DNA from: an uncultured Candidatus Saccharibacteria bacterium
GTDB taxonomy: Bacteria > Patescibacteriota > Minisyncoccia > Phycocordibacterales > UBA918
Reading direction: 5' to 3'
DNA: 64,000 nt
Assembly: GCA_964552045.1 (NCBI GenBank)
Contig: CAZKFF010000001.1
Coordinates: forward strand, 64,120 to 128,119
Position 1 is the first letter of the stretch, and each line of letters begins with the position of its first letter. Positions 28,004 to 38,719 of this stretch are shown piece after piece. The notes beneath the pieces were generated by a model. It was not told the DNA's origin and did not search any database. It worked only from the letters and a program-made list of their open reading frames with translations. The position numbers and the translations under genes were made by a program.

Positions 28004-29941
28004 TTATCGCACTTCCCACCCTCGTTCTGCGACGACTGCATACACCTTCTCCATGACGCCGTTGACCTCAGCATCGGTAAGCGTCTTTTCATGTGACTGG
28101 AACACCAGCCGGAATGCATACGATGTCCTCCCCTCTTTGGTGAAGACGTCAACCAAGGTCGTCCGCACACGCAACGGTCCTGCTGACGCATTGATGATCT
28201 CCTCGACTGCTGCCGGGTCTGTTCCCTCAGTCACCCACAGTGCGATATCGCGTGACACAGCAGGAAAAGCCGAGAACGGCTTATAGACGATCTCCTGTGC
28301 GAACGCGATCTGCTCATACGCCGTCGGCGCAGGAAGATTCGTGAACACGTCGGTAAAATTGCACTCAGCGACTCCCTTCTGTGCAGTACATCCCATTTTG
28401 GTTCCCAACTGCGCTTCGAGGGAAGCAATAACCGATGCAAGAAGCGCATCATCAGCAGGTGTGTATCCCTGCACTCTGGAACGAACGCCTACGCACAACG
28501 ATACGTGCTCGCGTATCGTGTTGGATGCTTTATGAAAAACAGTCCCTATCTCAAACACGCGCGTATCTTGCGTGCCGAGCAGATCAACAAGATTCGCATT
28601 CTTCAGAAGCACCGCTTCAATATTCTTTCGCAGCGTCGATCGGAGGTACGACTTGTCGCTTGCAAGCGCATTGCGCAGGCGTACATCATCTTTTTTGTTG
28701 AATGATGAAGTGATGACTTCTGAGAACCCAAGGGCAGTGAGTATGCCGCGCACCTGTTCACTGTAATAATGCCGGGCATTTATCTCTGCAAGCGGCACTG
28801 CCTGAGGCACTTCGGATCGTATATGGTGGTAGCCGTAGAGCCGCCCTACTTCCTCAGTGAAGTCCTCCTCGATGTTCAGGTCATTGCGTTCCCATGGCGG
28901 CACAACAGAAAGCATCCCGTCTTCCTTTTGTTCAACTGCCGTGCCGGTACGTTGTATGAAGCCGATGATCTCATCTACTGACAATGAAAGCCCGAGGAGC
29001 GCATTTACCCGTGCAGGGTCAACGTCAACCGCATGCACAGGCTTGGATACTTCCTCTTCGTCAATGGAACCGACGCATGTGCCTCCTGCGATCTCCCGGA
29101 TGAGGGTGGCCACTTCGCGCAACGCGTGCGGGATCAATTCCTGCGAGGGATCATTCTCAAACCGTTTCGAGGCGTCAATGACGATCCCAAGCCTGCGCGC
29201 AGTTTTTCTGGTGATGATCGGGTCGAAATGCGCAGCTTCAACGATGATGCGTGTGGTATGCGCATCAACACCGGCAAACGCTCCGCCTTTGACCCCGGCA
29301 AGACCGATAGGCCGGTTTGCGCTTTTATCGACGATCAGAAGCTCTGTCCCTTCAAGTACAACGATGCGGTCGCCTTCTTTCCCTCCCTCAGCAATGAGGC
29401 TCACCTCCTCCCCCAACTGCGCAAACCGGACCTCGAACTGCCAGATGCCGTCAACCTGCGGAAATTTCTCAGCATCATACGCATGGAGCGGCTGCCCCAG
29501 TGCATACATGACGTAGTTCGTGGCGTCCACGATATTGTTGATCGGGCGCTGTCCCAGCGCGATCAGACGATCCTTAAGCCACTGCGGCGATTCTTTCACT
29601 TCAATGCCCTCGATGAGTGCAGCCCCGAAGCGGGTGCAGGCGTGCATGTCCTTGATATCAACCGTAATACGGTCGAACACCGGAAGACGCTCTGTGCTCT
29701 GGAGCGGATCATGCGCAAGCGGAACACCCGTGATGCTCGCGATCTCACGCGCGATGCCGCGGTGCGAAAGGCAGTATGAGGCGCGGTCAGGAAGCACCTT
29801 CACATCAAGGACGTCATGTGCTCCAACTTTTAGGATCTCTTCCACCTCAAACACATGGAACATCAGAAGCTCCTCAAGTTTCTGTACGTCGGGAAGGTTC
29901 GGGCCGACGTAGTCTTTAAGCCACTCATGTACAACTTTCAT
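28004..29941 (-). CDS. pheT: Phenylalanine--tRNA ligase beta subunit, short form lacking the B2 OB domain
   Basis: PDRASYCLSHRGIARE directly after B1, INNIVDATNY, PWERNDL..EED..EEVGRLYGY, FDX-ACB RDIAL; 645 aa. Confidence 0.93.
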   Translation of the reverse strand: MKVVHEWLKDYVGPNLPDVQKLEELLMFHVFEVEEILKVGAHDVLDVKVLPDRASYCLSHRGIAREIASITGVPLAHDPLQSTERLPVFDRITVDIKDMHACTRFGAALIEGIEVKESPQWLKDRLIALGQRPINNIVDATNYVMYALGQPLHAYDAEKFPQVDGIWQFEVRFAQLGEEVSLIAEGGKEGDRIVVLEGTELLIVDKSANRPIGLAGVKGGAFAGVDAHTTRIIVEAAHFDPIITRKTARRLGIVIDASKRFENDPSQELIPHALREVATLIREIAGGTCVGSIDEEEVSKPVHAVDVDPARVNALLGLSLSVDEIIGFIQRTGTAVEQKEDGMLSVVPPWERNDLNIEEDFTEEVGRLYGYHHIRSEVPQAVPLAEINARHYYSEQVRGILTALGFSEVITSSFNKKDDVRLRNALASDKSYLRSTLRKNIEAVLLKNANLVDLLGTQDTRVFEIGTVFHKASNTIREHVSLCVGVRSRVQGYTPADDALLASVIASLEAQLGTKMGCTAQKGVAECNFTDVFTNLPAPTAYEQIAFAQEIVYKPFSAFPAVSRDIALWVTEGTDPAAVEEIINASAGPLRVRTTLVDVFTKEGRTSYAFRLVFQSHEKTLTDAEVNGVMEKVYAVVAERGWEVR

Positions 29942-29943
29942 AT

Positions 29944-30669
29944 TTAAAATTGATTGATGAACCTCAGGTCTCCGGAGTAAAAATGACGTACATCATCAAC
30001 TCCATATTTCATGACTCCGAGGCGGTCGATGCCCATACCGAATGCAAATCCTGAATATTCTTTCGGATCAATGCCGCAGTTGCGCAGCACGTTGGGATGC
30101 ACCATGCCGGCACCCATGATCTCGATCCAGCGGTTGGCAAGTTTGCTGTCGCTTCCCTTAAGCATCATGTCAACCTCAACCCCCGGCTCGACGAACGGGA
30201 AAAAGCTCGGACGGAACCGCACCTCAACATCGCCCCCGAAGAACTTTGAGAAGAAGTATTCAATGGTGCCCTTCAGGTGCCCCATGTGCACCCCTCTGTC
30301 GACATAGAGACCTTCGAGCTGATGAAATTGAGCTTCGTGCGTGGCATCGGTCGCTTCATTGCGGAACACCTTGCCGGGCACGATCACACGGATCGGCGGT
30401 TTGTGTGCTTCCATGTAGCGAGCCTGTACAGGTGAGGTATGCGTACGAAGGACCATTGGTTCCTGTGTATCCTCCGGAGAAAGGAAGAATGTATCCTGCA
30501 TGTCGCGCGCCGGGTGGTCCTTGGGAAAATTGAGCTGGTCAAAATTGTAGTGCTCAGTTTCAGCCTCTGGACCTTCCGCAAACACAAAACCAATCTCAGA
30601 AAAAATACTGTTGATCTCCGAGATCATCTTTGAAAGCGGATGCTGGTGTCCGTGCTGCATTGTGGCCAT
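29944..30669 (-). CDS. pheS: Phenylalanine--tRNA ligase alpha subunit lacking the N-terminal coiled coil
   Basis: GHQHP, HPARDMQDTF, LRTHTS, FRPSFFPFVEP, GFAFGMGIDR; 241 aa. Confidence 0.95.
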   Translation of the reverse strand: MATMQHGHQHPLSKMISEINSIFSEIGFVFAEGPEAETEHYNFDQLNFPKDHPARDMQDTFFLSPEDTQEPMVLRTHTSPVQARYMEAHKPPIRVIVPGKVFRNEATDATHEAQFHQLEGLYVDRGVHMGHLKGTIEYFFSKFFGGDVEVRFRPSFFPFVEPGVEVDMMLKGSDSKLANRWIEIMGAGMVHPNVLRNCGIDPKEYSGFAFGMGIDRLGVMKYGVDDVRHFYSGDLRFINQF

Positions 30670-30681
30670 ACTAACAGATTA

Positions 30682-31833
30682 TTATTGTGAAGCAATTTCG
30701 GTAAACACCTCAATATAGTATTCCCCATCCTGCACATAGATGCGTCCTCCGTCCTGCACCACATGAATATCCGTACCCGGATACAACAGCTGGGTATTCT
30801 GCCACGAACGGTCATCGACCTCTACAACGTAGAGTCCGTCCTCAAGATGCATAAGCACCAGGTCAACGCTGTCGGGAAAGAAGTCGAACCACAGGACTTT
30901 CTTGCCGAGCCGGTCGATGCGGATATCATTGCGGCAGACCCGTTCACCGATGAGCGCGTTTAAATTTGCAATCCCTTTGAACTGCTTCTGCAACGCTTCA
31001 GTGATATGCTTGCCGTACTGTGCGGTGGTCTTCTTCTCTCCCTGGTAGACCACGCAATAATAATACGGGACATCTTCAGGGTTGCCGTTCCAGGAGACAT
31101 ACACTTCTCCATCCTGTTCATAAAGTGACACATCGCGCCATGTGCGCGTAGTGGTCGCGTTCAGCAGATCAATGTACGGTATCGAAGTCGCGTGCTCTGT
31201 ATCGAAGCGGAACGGTTCGATCTCCTCTCCATGGAGCAGCTGGTGCATTTCGGTTGACGATGCGATAAGACTTGCGACATATGCATATTCCGGATTCACC
31301 ACCAGGCTCGACGTTGCTGTAGAGGACGCCAAGCGCAGCTGTGTTGTGCTCGAGGCAAAGTCGAATGCCGTTGTTGTAGCGGCATCAAAGACCACTCCAC
31401 GGCCGTCAAGCGGGTCGCTCCACTGTGTAATGATCCTGATCTGAGGAACCTTCGGCATGTTGAAGCTCGCCACCTCGGTTACAAAGTGCGCATAGACCGG
31501 CAGATTCTTCACCCATGTCTGCACGTTGTTTCCCTGCACATGAAGCCGGTGCACCCCCGCCTCAAGATTTTGGATATACGCAGCCCGCTGGAACACGCGC
31601 ATGTCATGTACCGGTTCGTTATTGACATAGATCTCGGTTGCATCAATATCATTGCGGACATAAAGTCCACCGACACTTTTGATGCTCGTGAGCTCGCTTG
31701 AGAAATCGAAGCGGTACCCGATGGCATAAAAAACAGAGAACGGGACAGCAAACAAGAACAGCGCAAGCGAGAGCAAAAAAACGAAGCGGCGCTTCTTTTG
31801 TGACAGAGGCTTCATTTCGATTGTTGGTGTCAT
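30682..31833 (-). CDS. Membrane-anchored PEGA-like domain protein
   Basis: RRR plus TM helix, YAIGYRFD, GGLYVRN...IYVNN...IQNLEAGVH. Confidence 0.65.
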   Translation of the reverse strand: MTPTIEMKPLSQKKRRFVFLLSLALFLFAVPFSVFYAIGYRFDFSSELTSIKSVGGLYVRNDIDATEIYVNNEPVHDMRVFQRAAYIQNLEAGVHRLHVQGNNVQTWVKNLPVYAHFVTEVASFNMPKVPQIRIITQWSDPLDGRGVVFDAATTTAFDFASSTTQLRLASSTATSSLVVNPEYAYVASLIASSTEMHQLLHGEEIEPFRFDTEHATSIPYIDLLNATTTRTWRDVSLYEQDGEVYVSWNGNPEDVPYYYCVVYQGEKKTTAQYGKHITEALQKQFKGIANLNALIGERVCRNDIRIDRLGKKVLWFDFFPDSVDLVLMHLEDGLYVVEVDDRSWQNTQLLYPGTDIHVVQDGGRIYVQDGEYYIEVFTEIASQ

Positions 31834-33392
31834 ACGTTGCTTTTACGCGTCTTCGGCGTTACCCAGAAGCCCATGTATTTGCCGAGCATCAGGCGCGTCT
31901 GCGCATCAAGTCCGGGAATGGCGCTGAAGACGATCATGGTCGCCGGGACAAGTACCCACTGTACCGCAAGGACAATGTAACGCAAGCGGCTTTTATCTTT
32001 CGGCCGCGGCGGCAGCATTGTGAGCGAAATAATGGATGATACCACCAGACCGAACATGGCAAGAATGAGAAGGTCGCGGACCATGATCGGCAGATTATAG
32101 GAAAGCACCGTCTGATGGAACTCCTGGGTTCCGAGAAAGATTGGCGCCCAGCCGAGAAGGAAGAGCATGATGGGGTTGGTCACTAAAGACCAATAACCCT
32201 CCGCCTGCTGCAGACCGACAGTGATTCGTTTCCTGAGGGATATGTTCTTGTTCTTCGTGAAATGATAGATGATATAGGCAAAATTCTCTACGCCGTATGT
32301 CCAGCGGCGATGCTGCCTGTAAATATTCTTGATGGTGCCCCACAAGGTCGGCGCTGCATTGGCATCCATAGAGACAGGGTACGAAAGCGGTACCACGTCA
32401 TATTCTCCGTCGTTTGCCATAAGGAGATTCCAAAAGATGCGGGAATCCTCGTTGACCATATTCACCTGCCAGTACCCCACCTCATAGAGCGCCTGGAATG
32501 AAAGCGAATGGGAGGAGAATGTCGCCATGCGTTCCGGCCGCTCCTGCTGTACCATTTCCCAGAATGTCGATGACATAGCAACCACCCGGGCGATCGCAGG
32601 AGCTTCCCAAATATTGTTATTGAAGATAGGTACCGGCTGGAATGAGGTCTTCAGCGGACGCTCTGCAGTCATGAAATGCCAAATGAGGCAATTGAAGTAA
32701 TCCCTATACAGGACGGTATCAATATCGAAGATCGACACCAGTACATGGTTGTACCGTATGCCATGCGGGTCAAGAATTTTGATGCGCGCCTCTTCCGCCG
32801 CATAGGACGCGTTCGAACCTTTTCCGGCCATTTCTCCGGGCACATCTTTCGGGTGCGTGGTCACCAAGAACGAACCGAAAGTGCTCCCCCACTTCTCTTG
32901 CATTGCGCGGGCAACCTGCTGTGCCCCCTCTCCCGCGCGCTCCTCCGCAGCGAGCACGACAATAAGGCTCTTCTTGTCATACTGCACCTGTGCGAGCGAC
33001 TCGATGGTCGCATTGACGATATCCTCCGGCTCTTCATAAAAAGGCAGGATCACCATCTGATAGAGGTGGCCGTATTCAAAGCGCTCGATCATCTGCAGCC
33101 AGTTGAGCGAAAGATGGTACCGGAGGCGCTTCCAGTTGTATCGGAGATGATATGACAGGAACGCGGTCTTCAAGACCCAGTAGATGGCGAAACCGATGAT
33201 GAAATACGCTGCGGCGAACGGCGCATAGTTAGACATGAGAATGACCCCGATGAGCGTTGTCCAGGACGCAAAACCAGGCACTATCTCAAGGAAGCGGTAA
33301 AAACGACGGTCTTCCCCTACCAGTTCAGGAGCACGCCCTACTTTGAAGTCAGAACGCCGGGCATACGGAAGCAGATGCGATGAATCCTCCAT
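31830..33392 (-). CDS. Processive family-2 glycosyltransferase (multi-TM)
   Basis: LPFYEE, GKGSN, DIDT (DxD), NED, QHRRW (QxxRW), N- and C-terminal TM helices. Confidence 0.88.
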   Translation of the reverse strand: MEDSSHLLPYARRSDFKVGRAPELVGEDRRFYRFLEIVPGFASWTTLIGVILMSNYAPFAAAYFIIGFAIYWVLKTAFLSYHLRYNWKRLRYHLSLNWLQMIERFEYGHLYQMVILPFYEEPEDIVNATIESLAQVQYDKKSLIVVLAAEERAGEGAQQVARAMQEKWGSTFGSFLVTTHPKDVPGEMAGKGSNASYAAEEARIKILDPHGIRYNHVLVSIFDIDTVLYRDYFNCLIWHFMTAERPLKTSFQPVPIFNNNIWEAPAIARVVAMSSTFWEMVQQERPERMATFSSHSLSFQALYEVGYWQVNMVNEDSRIFWNLLMANDGEYDVVPLSYPVSMDANAAPTLWGTIKNIYRQHRRWTYGVENFAYIIYHFTKNKNISLRKRITVGLQQAEGYWSLVTNPIMLFLLGWAPIFLGTQEFHQTVLSYNLPIMVRDLLILAMFGLVVSSIISLTMLPPRPKDKSRLRYIVLAVQWVLVPATMIVFSAIPGLDAQTRLMLGKYMGFWVTPKTRKSNV

Positions 33393-33620
33393 AAATAATA
33401 TCAAGTGAGTATAACGCCCTTTTTAGCATAAAAAAAGTGGCTTTTTTACAGGAATGTGTGGTTGTGCGCGTCCTAAAACTGACTTTCCTGCGTGCGGTTT
33501 CCCCTGATTATTATGGCGGCAATACGCAAATTCCTCAGAGGCACCTGTATCACCGATACAGTTCTCGTTCACTCGGTTATTTCTGCAGGCGAGCTTGCAG
33601 TATGACACTCATTCGCTCGA

Positions 33621-33653
33621 CTGTCAGACGTCAACTGACGACCCACGGTTTAC
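33621..33653 (-). repeat. Degenerate copy of the 3' half of tRNA-Thr (att-like scar)
   Basis: 31/33 identity to 33812-33844; both mismatches lie in the T-loop. Confidence 0.85.
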
Positions 33654-33805
33654 TTGGACAAGCGAGCAGACATGGAAAAGTTTACTTTTACATGTACTGC
33701 GAGTGCCGTCCAAGAAAAGATATTTACAAAATCGTTCGGAACTGTCCCGCACTTCCTTACCGCAACCAACTGCGCTCAGGTGGCTTTGCAACATAAAAGC
33801 CTCAG

Positions 33806-33878
33806 AGCCACCTGTCAGACTTGAACTGACGACCCACGGTTTACAAAACCGTTGCTCTACCAACTGAGCTAAGGTGGC
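33806..33878 (-). tRNA. tRNA-Thr (anticodon UGU), CCA not encoded
   Basis: GCCACCT/AGGTGGC acceptor, AGCTCAGTTGGTAGAGC D-arm, ACGGT-TTTGTAA-ACCGT anticodon arm, GTCAG-TTCAAGT-CTGAC T-arm, U73. Confidence 0.97.
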
Positions 33879-33951
33879 TCTGAGGCTTTTATACTCGCTC
33901 AGAAATTGAGTCGCACCATTATTGCAACTTTTTTTAAAATTGCAACGTGCG

Positions 33952-34362
33952 CTAATGTGATAACCGCTCCTTTCTCTCCTCCTGGCTCAACGCAACTTCT
34001 TCCTTATGTTCTGCAATAGCGTCAAGGTGATTCCTCGTTTTCGACTCGCGTATATCTTTGGCCACTTTCCTGTTCTTTCGGACGAGCTCTTCGACCCTGC
34101 TTTCAAGCGCCCGCAGTGCTGTAAGCAGACGCTTGAGGATCGTGTGCGCTCCGTAATGGAGCAGAAGACGCATGAATCCATGAGTGAAGAAAGAGGTCGC
34201 TTTCTGTATGTGCTGCTGTATGAACGCAAGCGCCCTGTCAAAGGATTCACGCACACGCGGAAGGAGGATCCTTCTGCCCTGTATATCCTCTACCACATAC
34301 AGCAGGGTCAGCAGCAACAGCACTGCAATACTTGTCCCCATGTATGCGAGCGCAGTTACCAT
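33952..34362 (-). CDS. Hypothetical membrane protein
   Basis: N-terminal TM helix then basic coiled coil; starts 1 nt after the tsf stop. Confidence 0.75.
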   Translation of the reverse strand: MVTALAYMGTSIAVLLLLTLLYVVEDIQGRRILLPRVRESFDRALAFIQQHIQKATSFFTHGFMRLLLHYGAHTILKRLLTALRALESRVEELVRKNRKVAKDIRESKTRNHLDAIAEHKEEVALSQEERKERLSH

Positions 34363-34363
34363 A

Positions 34364-34948
34364 CTATTTTACAGATAGGCGGCGCACCTCTGTGAGTTGC
34401 ACGTTCTCGCCGAACTTTTGAACTGCGCCGGTTATGAGTTCACCGATGGTCGTGTCCGGATTTTTTATGAATGGCTGCTCAAGCAGTATCTGCTCCTTGA
34501 AGTAGGCATTGAGCTTTCCTTCGAGGATCTTCTCCTGCATGTCTGCGGGCTTGTCTGCGATCTCGGAAGCGAAGACCTCTTTAGCCTTCGAGAGTGCCTG
34601 TTGGTCAACCTCTGCCCGTGAGATGAACTTCGGATTGAGTGCAGCAACGTGCATTGCGATTTCGCGTGCAAGAGCGATGAACTCCTCGTTCTTGGAGACG
34701 AAGTCCGTCTCGCATGAAAGGAGGACCATCGCGGCAACCTCATTCGTATTGTGCACATAGGAACCGATCGTACCTGCCGCAAGTTCGCGGTCAGCCTTTT
34801 TCTCAGCTGCTTCGCTGCGCTTCTTCTTGAGAATGATAAGCGCCTTTTCCATATCTCCTGCTGCCTCCTCGAGCGCTTTCTTGCACTGCATGACCGATAT
34901 GCCTGTCTGGTCGCGCAGCTCCTTTATTTGTGTTGATGTGATCTCCAT
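34364..34948 (-). CDS. tsf: Elongation factor Ts (short form)
   Basis: IKELRDQTGISVMQCKKAL, CETDFV, LLEQPFIK. Confidence 0.96.
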   Translation of the reverse strand: MEITSTQIKELRDQTGISVMQCKKALEEAAGDMEKALIILKKKRSEAAEKKADRELAAGTIGSYVHNTNEVAAMVLLSCETDFVSKNEEFIALAREIAMHVAALNPKFISRAEVDQQALSKAKEVFASEIADKPADMQEKILEGKLNAYFKEQILLEQPFIKNPDTTIGELITGAVQKFGENVQLTEVRRLSVK

Positions 34949-34998
34949 AGATACAAATGTACTAAAACTGGTAAGTATTCCCCTCTGTCCGGGAAATG

Positions 34999-35766
34999 CT
35001 ATCGTCGGTCAGCAGCTGGGCGGGGTGCGCGGCGCACCTCAGGGCGCGTTGTGCGCACTGGTGCAGGCGTGTAGTTCTTGCGTCCTTCAAGATACGCTGA
35101 GGTGAGTTCATCCAAAGCAAGCGCAACGCTTGACGTAAGCGCGTCGTTGAGCACAACCGGCTTCGTTACTTTGGACGCGTCGCAGTCTGAGCTCATGATG
35201 GCTACAACAGGAATTCCCATATCTGTTGCCTCCTGCACCGCTATGAAGTCATGACGAGGATCTACAACCAAAAGAATGTGCGGAAGACGATCCATTTTCT
35301 GGATGCCGCCGAAGTTGAATTCGAGCTTATTGATCTCGCGGCCGATGACCACGCGCTCTTTTTTGATGTATTTGCGTTCGAGTTCTCCTGATTCGCGCTC
35401 AGAGACGAGTGCCTTGAACCGTTCGATCCGCTTGCGGATTTCGCTGAAGTTCGTAAGAACCCCGCCGATCCACCGGTTTACGACAACTGGCATCTCCGCC
35501 TTTGCAGCATATTCGCGCACCACCGAAGCCACCTCGTCTTTGGTACCGACGTAGAGTACAGTCTTGCCCTGCTCTCCTGCCTCTTTGAGCATCTGCTTGG
35601 CGTCTTCAATAAGCGCAGCAGTCTGCTCCAGATCAATGATATCTGTGCCGAGCTTGTTGCCGAAAATATACGGGGTGATGGTCGGGTGGCGACGGCTCTT
35701 GGTAAAACCAAAATGTGCGCCGGCATTGAAAAGTCGTTCAATGAGCGATGAATTGTTTTCTGACAT
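34999..35766 (-). CDS. rpsB: 30S ribosomal protein S2
   Basis: AGAHFG, IIDLEQT, YVGTK, RWIGGVLTNF. Confidence 0.96.
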   Translation of the reverse strand: MSENNSSLIERLFNAGAHFGFTKSRRHPTITPYIFGNKLGTDIIDLEQTAALIEDAKQMLKEAGEQGKTVLYVGTKDEVASVVREYAAKAEMPVVVNRWIGGVLTNFSEIRKRIERFKALVSERESGELERKYIKKERVVIGREINKLEFNFGGIQKMDRLPHILLVVDPRHDFIAVQEATDMGIPVVAIMSSDCDASKVTKPVVLNDALTSSVALALDELTSAYLEGRKNYTPAPVRTTRPEVRRAPRPAADRR

Positions 35767-35952
35767 GCGTAATGATTACTGATCCAAACTGTCCTTGTTA
35801 ACTAATAAACTGGTGCATAAGGATACATCGAGGTGGCTTTTCAGTGCCGCACGAGCCTTATTGACAGTTCTCAGGTGTCTGGAGATTGTATCCGGAACAA
35901 AGAAAGTGCCCGGTACAAGCGGGGGCAATACTACCACACCATATGGCGCGTT

Positions 35953-36924
35953 TCAACCCTCAAGCGCGGCTGCATCACGCAGCGCCTCGAGCATATCGTC
36001 GAGCTCTCCTGCAAACGTACTCTCAATTGAGTGCCACGATTCCTTGATCCGGTGATCCGTGATGCGGTTTTGCGGGAAATTGTACGTGCGGATCTTTTCA
36101 GAGCGGTCGCCCGTACCGATCTGGTTCTTGCGGGTGCTCGCATGGGTTTTCGCCTCTTCTTCCTCATGCAGGGCTTCAAGTTTCGCGATCAGAATAGCCA
36201 TCGCCTTTTCCTTATTCTTGAGCTGAGACCGTTCCGACTGGCTGCGGACATCGATGCCGGTCGGCTTGTGGATGAGCCGGACAGCAGTCTCAACCTTATT
36301 GACGTTCTGTCCGCCAGCGCCGCCAGAACGGGAAAATTCCATCTCTATGTCACCGGCATTGACCTCGATGGTTGGCTTCTTGCGCAGCGGCAATATGGCA
36401 ACCGATGCGGTCGATGTATGGATGCGGCCGGCTTTTTCTGTGACCGGGACACGCTGAACGCGATGGACGCCCGTTTCGTACCGGAGCGCATCATATGCAT
36501 CGGGGTGGAGTATCTCGAATGTCGCTTCCTTATAACCGCCGCTTTGGGCGAACGATTCGGAGTTCACTGTCTTTTGCCATCCTCGTTTCTCGGCGTATTT
36601 CAGATACATCGATGCGAGCTCTGAAGCGAACAGAGCTGCCTCATCGCCTCCCGCTCCTGCGCGGACCTCAAGGATGATACCGTACGGCTTTGCCTCCTCC
36701 TCTTTTGAGGATTCGATGATCGCATCCATCTCGGCGAACATGCTCTGCAGCTGCTGCTGAATCGTTGCGATCTCTTCGTTCGCGAGTTCCGCCATCTCGG
36801 GATCAGAATCCGCGAGCGCTTGCGCGTCTGCGAGCTTCTGCGTGTACGCATCGAACTGGGACGCGAGGAATTGCGTTTTGTGATTCTCCCGGAATTCCGC
36901 TAATTTTTCCTGATCAAACTCCAT
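35953..36924 (-). CDS. prfA: Peptide chain release factor 1
   Basis: [12 protein letters not shown] (PxT), [22 protein letters not shown]. Confidence 0.95.
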   Translation of the reverse strand: MEFDQEKLAEFRENHKTQFLASQFDAYTQKLADAQALADSDPEMAELANEEIATIQQQLQSMFAEMDAIIESSKEEEAKPYGIILEVRAGAGGDEAALFASELASMYLKYAEKRGWQKTVNSESFAQSGGYKEATFEILHPDAYDALRYETGVHRVQRVPVTEKAGRIHTSTASVAILPLRKKPTIEVNAGDIEMEFSRSGGAGGQNVNKVETAVRLIHKPTGIDVRSQSERSQLKNKEKAMAILIAKLEALHEEEEAKTHASTRKNQIGTGDRSEKIRTYNFPQNRITDHRIKESWHSIESTFAGELDDMLEALRDAAALEG

Positions 36925-37008
36925 AGTGAATAAACATAAGCATACAACAAAAAGCGCCCGCGTGTCGTAAAAGTCTTTGACCGTACGATGCGCGTGCGCT
37001 TTGTATCG

Positions 37009-37275
37009 TTACGCCTTCTTCTTGCGCGAAGCAAGCGATGCGCGTGCCTTGAACCGTTCAACACGTCCTGCAGTATCCATCACTTTTTCCTGTCCGGTGT
37101 AGAACGGATGTGAGGCGCTTGAAACGTCGATATACGCAATCGGATATTCCTTGCCGTCCTCCCACTTGTCTGTGGCTTCAGTATCAATGGTGGATCCAAC
37201 AAGAAAACGGGTTCCACTTGAGTTGTCGTGGAAGATCACGAGTCGGTATTTTTCCGGGTGAATGTCTGTTTTCAT
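37009..37275 (-). CDS. rpmE2: 50S ribosomal protein L31 type B (Zn-free)
   Basis: MKTDIHP...[12 protein letters not shown]...GRVERF, no Cys. Confidence 0.93.
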   Translation of the reverse strand: MKTDIHPEKYRLVIFHDNSSGTRFLVGSTIDTEATDKWEDGKEYPIAYIDVSSASHPFYTGQEKVMDTAGRVERFKARASLASRKKKA

Positions 37276-37328
37276 GGCCAGTACTATAACAAATAAATGT
37301 ATTTTGACAAGAACGCAGGCACAGAGCA

Positions 37329-38693
37329 CTATCCGGCGTCAAGTGTGCGGATATCTCCTTCGAGCCGTGCCTTTCGTTCCATCACCTGATCCCCGTAAAA
37401 CTGGTTCTCCGACCGTGACGCGCCTCCCCACCCTGCATAGTAGCGCAGCGCCGCAAGCCGATCGCTTGCATAGCTGCCGGTTGCGCCATTGTCCCGCAAG
37501 AGAAGCGCCGCTGCCATAAAGGCATCCTGCTTATTGAACGGATTGGAGGCGGTGGAGCCTCCTGTAAGACTGCGGATGGCATCCTGCGCTTTTGAGTACA
37601 CATATCCCCCGCTGCCATTGCTGACAATACCTCCATAGATCGCCCAAGTAGACGGAATGAACTGCAGCGGACCCATCGCGCCTCCCCAGCCGATACGCGA
37701 GCCGTCTGCACGCATAAGCGGGCAGGAAACGTTCTGTGTGGATGCTTCAAAACCGAGTACATCTGCAATTGCCAGGAAAATAGGTGCATCACGTTCAGGA
37801 TGCATGACCGATTTGCCCTGGCGGATATCTCCCACCTGGCACGAGCCAGTGTTGCTGCCGTAATTCGACTCTTGCTCGACAACCGCGAGAATGAGTGCCG
37901 GACTGACACCCGTTTGAGTCCCCGCGTATTGCGCGAGCGCTACTGCCTCAGGGAATGGGATCGCGCCGCTTCCTCCGAGCAGCTGGAAGAGCTGATTGCG
38001 CAGCTGTGCGGCAGTTTTCTGTTGTGAAGCAAGCAGTTCCTGATATGCCTTTTCTTCTCCTTTGGTCACTTGAAGAATCTGTTCTTTCTGTCCTTCTTTC
38101 GCCTCGATCTGCTTTTTTTCAAGTTCCTGCAACTGCTTCATGCGTGCTTCAGCAGTCTGCTTCTCCTCAAGCGACATCTTCTGCGTCTCCGTATCGGTTT
38201 TTATTTCGGTGAGCGCCTGGAGCGAATCGTTGAGTGAATGCTTCACCGCATGGAAGCTCTCAACATCAGTGAAAAAATCCGAAAAGCTCTGGTTGCTGAG
38301 CAGCACCTCCACCAGTGAGTAATCATCGACTGCTTCGGTCTGGCGTATAAGTTCGGCAAGAGACGTGCGCTGCTTCTCCAGGCGTTCATTGAGAATGCTG
38401 ATCAGCTCTTCCTTGTCGCCGATCTGGTCAGTGAGCGACGATATAGCAAGCGCTCGCGCCTGAATGCCGAGCTGCGCTTTCTCTATCTCGGCATCAAGGA
38501 TACCGAGGTCGCGCTCCAGTGACTGCCGCTCCTGCTTTTTGCCTTCAACAAGCTGCTGCTGCACGATCATCTGCTTCTCCACCTGCTGCAGCTGCGCTTC
38601 GATGCGTGCACGCTTTTCTGCATCCGTCTCCGCCAGAGTCACCTGCGGCAGCAAATAAGCAGCGCACAGAAAAATAGCAACGTATCTTCGCAT
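37329..38693 (-). CDS. Secreted coiled-coil (PcsB/CwlO-like) + lytic murein transglycosylase
   Basis: Signal peptide; long coiled coil; [11 protein letters not shown] catalytic Glu; [13 protein letters not shown]. Confidence 0.88.
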   Translation of the reverse strand: MRRYVAIFLCAAYLLPQVTLAETDAEKRARIEAQLQQVEKQMIVQQQLVEGKKQERQSLERDLGILDAEIEKAQLGIQARALAISSLTDQIGDKEELISILNERLEKQRTSLAELIRQTEAVDDYSLVEVLLSNQSFSDFFTDVESFHAVKHSLNDSLQALTEIKTDTETQKMSLEEKQTAEARMKQLQELEKKQIEAKEGQKEQILQVTKGEEKAYQELLASQQKTAAQLRNQLFQLLGGSGAIPFPEAVALAQYAGTQTGVSPALILAVVEQESNYGSNTGSCQVGDIRQGKSVMHPERDAPIFLAIADVLGFEASTQNVSCPLMRADGSRIGWGGAMGPLQFIPSTWAIYGGIVSNGSGGYVYSKAQDAIRSLTGGSTASNPFNKQDAFMAAALLLRDNGATGSYASDRLAALRYYAGWGGASRSENQFYGDQVMERKARLEGDIRTLDAG

Positions 38694-38719
38694 GATACCT
38701 GTAGTATAGCATCTGCAGA

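Noticed and set aside
33600-33700. Second, split or intron-containing tRNA
   Set aside because: No D-arm or matching acceptor stem, and the T-loop TTC is mutated; better explained as an att-like scar
33437-33796. 119-aa ORF between the glycosyltransferase and the tRNA
   Set aside because: No recognisable motif or start signal, atypical composition, and it runs across the tRNA-derived repeat
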